In this document: piece after piece, positions 29,685 through 37,806 of the stretch
Numbering within the stretch: position 1 is the stretch's first letter
Layout of the letters: the number at the start of each line of letters is the position of its first letter
Assembly (NCBI GenBank): GCA_018268195.1
Contig: JAFDWZ010000039.1
Coordinates: 6,859-70,858 of the forward strand
Reading direction: 5' to 3'
DNA length: 64,000 bases
DNA from: Bacteroidota bacterium
GTDB taxonomy: Bacteria; Bacteroidota; Bacteroidia; AKYH767-A; OLB10
The notes under the pieces: model-generated
Told to the model about the DNA's origin: nothing
Database searches by the model: none
The model's input: only the letters and a program-made list of their open reading frames with translations
Program-made: the position numbers and the translations under genes

Positions 29685-30254
29685 TCAGGTATGTTGTTCG
29701 ATATAATCAATCAGTGAATGAATGACCTTAATATGAATCTCCTGTGCACGGTCGGCATAGTTTGAATGAGGCGCTCGTATTTCAACATCACAAACATCTT
29801 TTAATGTTCCTCCATCCTTTCCGGTAAGGGCCACAATTTTCATTCCTATAGCACTTGCCTTTCGTGCTGCTGCCAATACGTTTGGCGAATTGCCACTGGT
29901 GCTGATTGCAAGTAATACATCGCCTGATTTACCAAGTGCTTCAACATAACGTGAGAAAATATGATCATATCCATAATCGTTGCCCACACAGCTGATGTGT
30001 GAAGGATCGGAAATACTAATTGCCGCCAGTGGCTTACGGTCGTTGCGATAACGGCCGGTAAGCTCTTCGGCAAAATGCATGGCATCACACATGCTTCCTC
30101 CATTGCCGCATGAAATTATTTTACCACCGTTTTTCAATGCCGCTGACATCAACAAACCGGCAGCTTCAATGGCTTCCATGTTTTTTTTATCGGCAATAAA
30201 AGCCTCAAGAACTTGCATGGCTTCCTGAAAATGCTGACGAATAGATTCCGACAT
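29685..30254 (-). CDS. gmhA: D-sedoheptulose-7-phosphate isomerase (SIS domain)
   Basis: 189 aa with [20 protein letters not shown] and [10 protein letters not shown], which closely match GmhA signatures. Confidence 0.85.
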   Translation of the reverse strand: MSESIRQHFQEAMQVLEAFIADKKNMEAIEAAGLLMSAALKNGGKIISCGNGGSMCDAMHFAEELTGRYRNDRKPLAAISISDPSHISCVGNDYGYDHIFSRYVEALGKSGDVLLAISTSGNSPNVLAAARKASAIGMKIVALTGKDGGTLKDVCDVEIRAPHSNYADRAQEIHIKVIHSLIDYIEQHT

Positions 30255-30471
30255 AACGCTAAATTTTTAGACAAATATACATGGTTCATGTCAAAGTTAT
30301 TTGAGTCTCATTTGGTCTTAATTTAAAATTCTTTATCATAACATTTTTTCAAAAAAAAGATATTCAAACAACCTTAAGACTGTATTTTCTTATTTATTCT
30401 GAAAATGACATTCGGATTATAATTTTTTTGTCAGGAAACAGGCTTATGAAGCAATAATTGACTATAAACAA

Positions 30472-30479
30472 TACCTTTG
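30472..30479 (+). promoter_or_regulatory. -7 box TACCTTTG upstream of the M28 peptidase gene
   Basis: Matches TAnnTTTG 24 nt upstream of the ATG at 30504. Confidence 0.4.
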
Positions 30480-30503
30480 CTTCCTGATTAATATTTCACA
30501 TTC

Positions 30504-32183
30504 ATGAATCTCAGAAAAATTATTTTAGCGGTTTCATTATTCATCGCAATAACAAGCGTGAAAGCCCAAACAATTCAGTTTGGTGCAAAAACAACTGCTG
30601 TACTCCAACATCATATTCAAACTCTGGCAAGTGATAAATTTGAAGGTCGCGAAACAGGAACACAGGGCGAAAAACTTTCATACGAATATATAGAAGGTGT
30701 GTTTAAAGATTATGGTCTTGCACCCAAAGGAACGGATGGTTATTTGCAATCATTTCAGTTTAATGCAGGAACTGAACTTGGCGACAACAACCATTTTAGC
30801 ATTGGTGATAACGCTCTAAAATGCGGTGAAGATTATTATCCGCTACCCTATTCGAAATTGGAAAGTAAAGTTGAAGGTAGTCTGATAACTGTTGGAAGTG
30901 GAATTGTGGCACCATCACTCAACAGAGATGACTATTCCGGCTTGAATAATCTGAAAGGAAAAATTTTTGTGATGGACTATGCCACACCTGAGGCTGATAA
31001 TCCACACAGCAAATGGGCCGAGTTTGCTAACCTTAGAAAACGTATTGATGATGCCATTACCAAAGGAGCTGTTGCTGTAATACTTTATAATTCTTCAAAA
31101 GACGTTGATAATCCTCGTAAGGAATCTGAAATTAAAATCACACCTGCCTCTGTACCGGTAGTTTTTGTAAACGAAAACAAATCATCATTGCTGATTGCAG
31201 GCAAATTTTCAAAAATTCAAACTGACATTAAAAAAATCACACGCACAGGATACAATGTCATCAGCTATATCAATAACAATAAAGAGTTTACCATAGTAAT
31301 TGGAGCTCACTATGATCATCTTGGGTATGGCGGTCATGAATCACTTTATCGCGGAGGCAAAGCTATTCATAATGGTGCTGACGATAATGCGAGTGGAACA
31401 GCAGCTCTGCTTGAACTGGCAAGAATTATTAAAAATTCTTCTCTGAAAAATTACAACTTTCTATTCATTGCATTTTCAGGTGAGGAAAAAGGACTGCTCG
31501 GGTCAAATCATTTTGTAAAAGAACCTACCATTGATTTGAGCAAGGTTAATTTTATGATAAATATGGATATGGTTGGCCGATTGAAACCTGAAGACCAGGT
31601 ATTGCTTATTAATGGAGTGGGTACATCACCCTCCTGGAATGCGCTGATTAAAAATATTAGTATTGACTCTCTGAAAATTAAAACAACTGAATCGGGTGTG
31701 GGACCTTCTGACCACACTTCGTTTTACTTATCTAACATTCCGGTGTTGCACTTCTTCAGTGGCACACATTCCGATTATCATAAGCCCAGTGACGATGAGC
31801 CACTCATTAATTATTCGGGCATGATAAAAATTATGAAATATATTGTTGCACTTATTACTGAAGCTGATTCGCTACCCCGATTCGCTTTTACCAAAACCAA
31901 CGACTCCAACAACGAAGAAGCTCCACGTTTTAAAGTAACGCTGGGTGTGGTTCCTGATTATGCATTTGAAGGCTCCGGTATGCGCATTGACGGAGTAACA
32001 GAAGAAAAACCTGCTGCAAAAGCCGGACTGCAAAAAGGCGATATTGTGATTCAGCTGGGTGATGAAAAAGTGATGGACATGATGAGTTACATGAAAGCGC
32101 TGAGTAAATTCAAAAAAGGCGATACCACCAAAGTAAAAGTACTTCGTGATAATTCTGAAGTTGAAAGAGAAATCACATTCTGA
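30504..32183 (+). CDS. M28 family aminopeptidase with PA domain and C-terminal PDZ domain
   Basis: 559 aa with a signal peptide and M28 metal ligands (HYDHLG, DDNASGTAALLELAR, FSGEEKGLLGS, NMDMVG, SDH). The C-terminal PDZ reads GLQKGDIVIQLGDEKV. Confidence 0.85.
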   Translation: MNLRKIILAVSLFIAITSVKAQTIQFGAKTTAVLQHHIQTLASDKFEGRETGTQGEKLSYEYIEGVFKDYGLAPKGTDGYLQSFQFNAGTELGDNNHFSIGDNALKCGEDYYPLPYSKLESKVEGSLITVGSGIVAPSLNRDDYSGLNNLKGKIFVMDYATPEADNPHSKWAEFANLRKRIDDAITKGAVAVILYNSSKDVDNPRKESEIKITPASVPVVFVNENKSSLLIAGKFSKIQTDIKKITRTGYNVISYINNNKEFTIVIGAHYDHLGYGGHESLYRGGKAIHNGADDNASGTAALLELARIIKNSSLKNYNFLFIAFSGEEKGLLGSNHFVKEPTIDLSKVNFMINMDMVGRLKPEDQVLLINGVGTSPSWNALIKNISIDSLKIKTTESGVGPSDHTSFYLSNIPVLHFFSGTHSDYHKPSDDEPLINYSGMIKIMKYIVALITEADSLPRFAFTKTNDSNNEEAPRFKVTLGVVPDYAFEGSGMRIDGVTEEKPAAKAGLQKGDIVIQLGDEKVMDMMSYMKALSKFKKGDTTKVKVLRDNSEVEREITF

Positions 32184-32203
32184 AATTTAATATCCCACAT
32201 CAC

Positions 32204-32692
32204 ATGTCGCGCAACATCCTACTTGAAGAAAAACAATATCTCGGGCTTAACCACTACAGCATGCTGCGTGGCCTGGTGCTGGCATTGTTTTGTTTTGTAG
32301 CTTATTATTTTACTGAAGACCGCGAGAGAAATGCCGAGTTGCTTTTTTTCGGTGGTGTTGCATTGTTGGTCTTGTCATTGTTGTCAATGTTTATCAAACA
32401 TCTTCACACAAGAGTTTATGATAGTGCTATTGAATTGGATGGATTGTGGACTACCCGAAAAGTAAAAATTGATATTGCATCTGTTGTTTCTGTAGAGAAA
32501 GTTCCTTACAGTAATTATATACTGAATACCCCTGTATATAATCTTCATCGTAACGGAACCATCAGTTTTTACACCTCAGGTAAAACAGCCATAAAACTTA
32601 CAGACCGTGACGGACTGCAGTATATTATAGGCACACATAAACAAGAGGAATTTTTTCGTGTAGTTAACGAATTGCTTAGCAAAGCAAAATAA
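32204..32692 (+). CDS. hypothetical membrane protein (two TMs plus a PH-like soluble domain)
   Basis: 162 aa with two hydrophobic helices (LVLALFCFVAYYF, FFGGVALLVLSLLSMF) followed by a beta-rich domain. Lies 20 nt after the peptidase gene. Confidence 0.5.
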   Translation: MSRNILLEEKQYLGLNHYSMLRGLVLALFCFVAYYFTEDRERNAELLFFGGVALLVLSLLSMFIKHLHTRVYDSAIELDGLWTTRKVKIDIASVVSVEKVPYSNYILNTPVYNLHRNGTISFYTSGKTAIKLTDRDGLQYIIGTHKQEEFFRVVNELLSKAK

Positions 32693-32718
32693 TCAGCACT
32701 TCAGTTTTTTTGCTGATT
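32691..32718. terminator. hairpin filling the convergent gap between the membrane-protein gene and pyrH
   Basis: AATCAGCA (32691-32698) pairs with TGCTGATT (32711-32718) around a T-rich loop. The tails are weak. Confidence 0.35.
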
Positions 32719-33426
32719 CTACACATCAACCAAGGTTCCTACTTTTTCACCTTTAACAAGTAGCAGAAGGTTCCCTTTTTTATTCATATCAAAAACAATA
32801 ATGGGTAATTTATTTTCATGACAAAGTGTAAACGCTGTCATATCCATTACTTTTAAATCTTTTGCATACACCTCATCAAAAGTAAGATTGTCGAAGCGAG
32901 TTGCATCTTTTACTTTTTCTGGGTCGGCAGTATAAATGCCATCTACGCGAGTACCTTTAAGAATCACATTGGCTTCTACTTCAATAGCGCGGAGTGAGGC
33001 AGCTGTATCGGTAGTGAAATATGGATTACCTGTACCTGCACCAAAAATTACGACTCTGTTTTTTTCGAGATGCCGCACAGCGCGTCTGCGTATAAATGGT
33101 TCACATATAGCTTCCATCTTGATGGCTGATTGCAAACGAGTGTTTATTCCCTTTTGCTCAAGTGCACTTTGTAGTGCCATGCTGTTAATCACCGTTGCAA
33201 GCATACCCATATAATCACCTTGCACTCGGTCCATTCCTCCTTCAGCAGCCTGCAAACCTCTGAAAATATTTCCTCCACCTATGACAATTGCTACCTGCAC
33301 ACCTATATCAACAATAGACTTAATATCATCAGCATATTGCGTAATACGGCTATTGTCAATACCGAAATTTTTGTCGCCCATGAGTGCTTCACCACTGAGC
33401 TTAAGGAGTATGCGTTTGTATTTCAT
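32719..33426 (-). CDS. pyrH: UMP kinase
   Basis: 235 aa with [22 protein letters not shown] and [12 protein letters not shown]. Confidence 0.95.
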   Translation of the reverse strand: MKYKRILLKLSGEALMGDKNFGIDNSRITQYADDIKSIVDIGVQVAIVIGGGNIFRGLQAAEGGMDRVQGDYMGMLATVINSMALQSALEQKGINTRLQSAIKMEAICEPFIRRRAVRHLEKNRVVIFGAGTGNPYFTTDTAASLRAIEVEANVILKGTRVDGIYTADPEKVKDATRFDNLTFDEVYAKDLKVMDMTAFTLCHENKLPIIVFDMNKKGNLLLLVKGEKVGTLVDV

Positions 33427-33496
33427 TACTGAATATGATGCTTAGAATTATTTTGCCAAAATTAATTTTTTGTTGAAAGCAATTATCAGGAATCTA

Positions 33497-34402
33497 TTAA
33501 TCTTTTGAAAAATAATCTGCCCCCTGATAAACTCCTGAAATCTGTTTTACAATCTGCATCAGCAAATCGTTGGCAAGTGAGCTTGCTCCAAAGCGAAACA
33601 AATCAGGGTTGAGCCAATCTTCACCAAGTGTTTCACGCACCATTACCAAATATTGCAAAGCCAATTTAGCTGTGGCAATACCGCCTGCTGGTTTCATTCC
33701 TATTTTTATTCCGGTATTGTAATAATGATCGCGAATACATTCAAGCATTACCAGCGTAACGGGCAACGTAGCTGCAGGTTGAATTTTTCCTGTGGAGGTT
33801 TTTATAAAATCAGCTCCGGCAGCAATAGCAAGTTCACTTGCCTTACGCACGTTGTCGAGTGTTGAAAGCTCGCCTGTTTCAAGAATAACTTTGAGGTGTG
33901 CTTTACCACAAGCCTCTTTTACTGCAGCAATTTCGTCATAGACAAATGCATATTCTCCTCTCAGAAATTCGCCTCTCGAAATCACCATGTCAATTTCATC
34001 TGCACCTTCAGCAACAGCATATCGTGTTTCATCGAGTTTGAACTTTCTGTTGCTCATACCACTTGGAAATGCCGTTGACACAGCTGCTACTTTTACAGGT
34101 GTACCTTCCAGTGCTTTCTTAGCTACACTAACCAGATTGGCATATACACAAACAGCCGCTGCCGAAGGTATTCCTTCCATTTCATGCGGGCGGACGGCTT
34201 TTGCACAAAGCTGGCGCACTTTGCCCGGAGTATCTTTTGCATCCAAGGTAGTAAGGTCCATCATACTGATGGCTAACTTGAGCGCCTGCATTTTTGATTC
34301 ATTTTTAATACTGCGTTTATTCAGTCGTGCTACACGCTCTTCCACTCCTGTCTGATCAACAGGTGTGATGTAATTCAGAAATTTTAAATCTGTTTTTGCC
34401 AT
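33497..34402 (-). CDS. deoC: deoxyribose-phosphate aldolase (long form)
   Basis: 301 aa with a class I aldolase TIM barrel and the Schiff-base lysine context GADFIKTSTGK. Confidence 0.85.
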   Translation of the reverse strand: MAKTDLKFLNYITPVDQTGVEERVARLNKRSIKNESKMQALKLAISMMDLTTLDAKDTPGKVRQLCAKAVRPHEMEGIPSAAAVCVYANLVSVAKKALEGTPVKVAAVSTAFPSGMSNRKFKLDETRYAVAEGADEIDMVISRGEFLRGEYAFVYDEIAAVKEACGKAHLKVILETGELSTLDNVRKASELAIAAGADFIKTSTGKIQPAATLPVTLVMLECIRDHYYNTGIKIGMKPAGGIATAKLALQYLVMVRETLGEDWLNPDLFRFGASSLANDLLMQIVKQISGVYQGADYFSKD

Positions 34403-34505
34403 TTTTTATTCTTTACTCCTAACGGAATATTTCAAAGTGCTAAGGTAGTAAATAGCTTCTTATCATCATGTGCGGCTTTCGTATAGAGAATTAACAATTA
34501 AGATT

Positions 34506-34513
34506 TACTTTTG
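34506..34513 (+). promoter_or_regulatory. -7 box TACTTTTG upstream of purB
   Basis: Matches TAnnTTTG 20 nt upstream of the ATG at 34534. Confidence 0.4.
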
Positions 34514-34533
34514 CTGTTCATTAGCTATCTATT

Positions 34534-35877
34534 ATGACAAACAGCCTCCTTGCCATTTCACCGGTTGACGGCCGGTATGCACATATTTCACAACCCTTAT
34601 CTGCTTATTTTTCGGAGTATGCCCTCATTCGCGAAAGAGTAAAAGTAGAGGTAAGATATCTGATAGCACTGTCACAAATTCCGTTACCACAACTTTCTAT
34701 AGACGTAAAACACTTTGATGCGCTTAGAGCCATTTACCGCAACTTCACTATTGAAGATGCAGAGAAAGTTAAGCAGACAGAAAAAACCACCAACCATGAT
34801 GTAAAAGCAGTTGAGTATTTTGTAAAAGAAAAATTGGATGAGATAGGTCTTTCTGAAGTTAAAGAGTTCGTTCACTTCGGACTTACCTCACAGGACATTA
34901 ATAATACGGCAATGCCATTGCTTACCAAACATGGTTTAAGTGAAATTATTTTCCCTGCACTTACCGATGTTGAGCAGAAATTGCTGACTTTGTCAGCCAA
35001 CTGGAATGATATTCCTATGCTGGCACATACGCACGGACAACCGGCAAGCCCCACAATGCTGGGTAAAGAAATCCGAGTGTTTTATGAGCGGATAAAGAGT
35101 CAGATTAGCATGCTGAAAACGGTTATTCACAGTGCTAAATTTGGTGGTGCCACCGGAAATTTTAATGCACATCATGTTGCATATCCTGATATTGACTGGG
35201 CTTCATTTGCTGATAATTTTGTGGAGTCATTGGGTCTGACGCGAACATCTTACACTACCCAGATTGAACCTTATGACAATGCAGCAACACTATTTGATAA
35301 TCTTAAACGTATCAACACCATATTGATTGACTTATGTCGTGATGTTTGGACATATATCAGCATGAATTATTTTTCACAAACCATCTCTGCCAATGAAACC
35401 GGATCATCTGCCATGCCTCATAAAGTTAATCCAATTGACTTTGAGAATGCAGAAGGAAATTTTGGTATTGCAAATGCATGGTTCGAATTTTTAGCTGCAA
35501 AACTTCCAGTATCACGTCTGCAACGTGACCTTACTGACAGTACAGTGCTGAGAAACACAGGAGTTCCGTTTGCACATACTCTTATTGCTTTAAAATCATT
35601 ACAGAAAGGTCTGAATAAAATTTCTCCAAACGAGAAAGTGCTAAATGATGACCTGAACAACAATACAGCAGTGATTGCTGAAGCCATTCAAACCATTCTC
35701 AGACGCGAAGGATTTAAAAACCCTTACGAAACGCTGAAAGAACTAACGCGCAAAAACGAACATATCACACTTGAAAAAATCCACGCTTTTATCAATACGC
35801 TTGCAGTTGATGAAAAGATAAAAAAAGAATTGCTTCTAATTACTCCGCAGAACTATACAGGGGTTCAGCCTTCCTGA
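34534..35877 (+). CDS. purB: adenylosuccinate lyase
   Basis: 447 aa with the fumarate-lyase signature GSSAMPHKVNP, plus LTSQDINNTA and HTHGQPASPT. Confidence 0.95.
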   Translation: MTNSLLAISPVDGRYAHISQPLSAYFSEYALIRERVKVEVRYLIALSQIPLPQLSIDVKHFDALRAIYRNFTIEDAEKVKQTEKTTNHDVKAVEYFVKEKLDEIGLSEVKEFVHFGLTSQDINNTAMPLLTKHGLSEIIFPALTDVEQKLLTLSANWNDIPMLAHTHGQPASPTMLGKEIRVFYERIKSQISMLKTVIHSAKFGGATGNFNAHHVAYPDIDWASFADNFVESLGLTRTSYTTQIEPYDNAATLFDNLKRINTILIDLCRDVWTYISMNYFSQTISANETGSSAMPHKVNPIDFENAEGNFGIANAWFEFLAAKLPVSRLQRDLTDSTVLRNTGVPFAHTLIALKSLQKGLNKISPNEKVLNDDLNNNTAVIAEAIQTILRREGFKNPYETLKELTRKNEHITLEKIHAFINTLAVDEKIKKELLLITPQNYTGVQPS

Positions 35878-35917
35878 TATCTCATAAAATTAGTACTGCT
35901 CAGTTATACCGTGTTTG

Positions 35918-36262
35918 TTAATTCAGCAACCGATAGATGAGTATAATTGTTATCACCCCAACAATGGATGTGTAAACAGCCTTATTGTGCTTAGCTAACC
36001 ATTCAGGCAAATAGATGTCGAAGTTAGCCTTTTGAGAAGACGAGTATCTTCTAGCCAATATAGTCAATGGACAAAACAATTTAAAGATAACAAGAATTAT
36101 TGCCTCAGTTATAATTAATCCATAACCTATCCAAAGCCATTTATCAATCTTATCTACCAAAACTGCATATAGCATATAAAATATTACCCCATTAAAAAAC
36201 AACCAAATAATGCTATGTGATATTTTTATCAGTTTAAGTTTGGTTGTTGGTGAAATCATCAT
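35918..36262 (-). CDS. small integral membrane protein (DUF2784-like, CPLT motif)
   Basis: 114 aa with 3-4 TMs and FCPLTILARRY. Confidence 0.5.
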   Translation of the reverse strand: MMISPTTKLKLIKISHSIIWLFFNGVIFYMLYAVLVDKIDKWLWIGYGLIITEAIILVIFKLFCPLTILARRYSSSQKANFDIYLPEWLAKHNKAVYTSIVGVITIILIYRLLN

Positions 36263-36320
36263 TCAATTCTTTTAGGTTAATGCTACTAATAGATAAAGTC
36301 AGTCAACATTGAGTTAACAT

Positions 36321-36328
36321 CAAATATA
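36321..36328 (-). promoter_or_regulatory. -7 box (TATATTTG on the minus strand) for the DUF2784-like gene
   Basis: Plus-strand CAAATATA lies 58 nt upstream of the ATG at 36262. Confidence 0.4.
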
Positions 36329-36769
36329 TTAATTTTTGTCATTTATTATTTCGTCTGAAACTCTTTATTTTCATAGCCTCCTTCTGTCCTTTTATAGTCT
36401 CGCGACAAATGGCGGGTACTATGAAATATCTTTTATAAATATTCAAATACGTTTTTAGTAAACAAGGAAAAAACAATTTGAATGTATAGATGGAATTTAA
36501 AGCTGAAAATGGAGAATTAAAAGCCTTGAGCTAAAAGTTTGACATCAGAATTATTTCTACAAAGTTTCAGTCTTAGCAGGAGATAATACACATTTGTTCC
36601 TGCTTAGACATCCTTTGTCTGCAAAAGCTATGAAAATAGTCATATTACGAAAACACGCATTAAAATTTCAAATCTCGCCTGCTCTGCTCTTGCAGCTGCT
36701 CTACTCAAAGTAGCGCGAATTATTGAGAGAAAAAGAAGAAAAATTTTTAAGAACGGAAAATGCCGGTTG

Positions 36770-37102
36770 TTATCCTTTTTTCACAAATTCCGACTTCAGA
36801 GCCATAGAACCAAATCCTTCAATTTTACAATCTATATTATGATCGCTGTCCGGATTTAGCCGAATATTCTTAACCTTAGTACCGGCCTTCACAGGCTTTG
36901 AAGCTCCTTTTACAGGAAGGTCTTTAATTACAATTACTGTGTCGCCATTTTGCAGTTCGTTGCCGTTGGAATCTTTTATTCTGACTGCCGGTTCAGTTTC
37001 GTTCGGATCCCATTCATAAAAACACTGGGAACAAACCATCAAATCTCCATTGGCATACGTAAACTCTGATTTACATTCCGGACATGATATCGTTTCACTC
37101 AT
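36770..37102 (-). CDS. yjdM: zinc-ribbon protein PhnA/YjdM
   Basis: 110 aa with an N-terminal CPECKSEF...CSQC zinc ribbon and the C-terminal PhnA domain [25 protein letters not shown]. Confidence 0.85.
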   Translation of the reverse strand: MSETISCPECKSEFTYANGDLMVCSQCFYEWDPNETEPAVRIKDSNGNELQNGDTVIVIKDLPVKGASKPVKAGTKVKNIRLNPDSDHNIDCKIEGFGSMALKSEFVKKG

Positions 37103-37124
37103 TTAAATTCATTTTATTGAATTG

Positions 37125-37132
37125 CAAAATTA
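37125..37132 (-). promoter_or_regulatory. -7 box (TAATTTTG on the minus strand) for phnA/yjdM
   Basis: Plus-strand CAAAATTA lies 22 nt upstream of the ATG at 37102. Confidence 0.4.
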
Positions 37133-37216
37133 AAAGTTTGAACAAATAATTTAGCACATTCCTCTAACTATCGTGCTGCGCGTATCTGTCATTATAGACT
37201 GCCAACTACTTCTTGT

Positions 37217-37804
37217 TTATTGCATCAGCCTCGCAACATACTTTCCGATAATATCAAATTCGATATTTACGGTATCACCTTGTTTTAAATTGCTGAACGT
37301 AGTATGCTGCATAGTGTAAGGAATGACCGCTACAGAAAACATAAAGTCTGAAACATCAACAACAGTAAGGCTAACACCATTTACCGTAACAGAGCCTTTC
37401 TCTACCATCAGATTTTTATAACTGCCATCATTTTCAAAAACAAAAAGGTGGCTGCCGTTATGATTTTCAATACGGGTGCAAACTGCAATAACATCAACAT
37501 GACCTTGCACAATATGACCATCGAGGCGACTGTTCATTAGCATACCTCTTTCCACATTTATTTCATCTCCGGCCTTCCATGATTTCAAATTTGTACGCTT
37601 CAATGTTTCATCAATTGCAGTTACGGTGTAACAGCCATCGGCAGCGTTTACTGATGTAACCGTAAGGCACACTCCATTATGTGCCACACTCTGGTCGGCC
37701 TTCAACTCTGAAACAAAAGAACAAGCTATGGTATAATGCTTATTTGTTCCTTCTTCAGAAACGGACAGTACTTTTGCTTTTTCTTCAATAATTCCTGTAA
37801 ACAT
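37217..37804 (-). CDS. ribE: riboflavin synthase alpha chain
   Basis: 195 aa starting MFTGIIE, with two lumazine-binding repeats (SVAHNGVCLTV, SVTVNGVSLTV). Confidence 0.9.
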   Translation of the reverse strand: MFTGIIEEKAKVLSVSEEGTNKHYTIACSFVSELKADQSVAHNGVCLTVTSVNAADGCYTVTAIDETLKRTNLKSWKAGDEINVERGMLMNSRLDGHIVQGHVDVIAVCTRIENHNGSHLFVFENDGSYKNLMVEKGSVTVNGVSLTVVDVSDFMFSVAVIPYTMQHTTFSNLKQGDTVNIEFDIIGKYVARLMQ

Positions 37805-37806
37805 TT

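Noticed and set aside
36339-36374. 11-codon mini-ORF on the minus strand preceded by AGGAGG (a possible leader peptide) in the long non-coding gap
   Set aside because: Bacteroidota rarely use Shine-Dalgarno sequences. The peptide (MKIKSFRRNNK) has no regulatory-codon bias, and no alternative terminator/antiterminator structures are evident. This is too weak to call.
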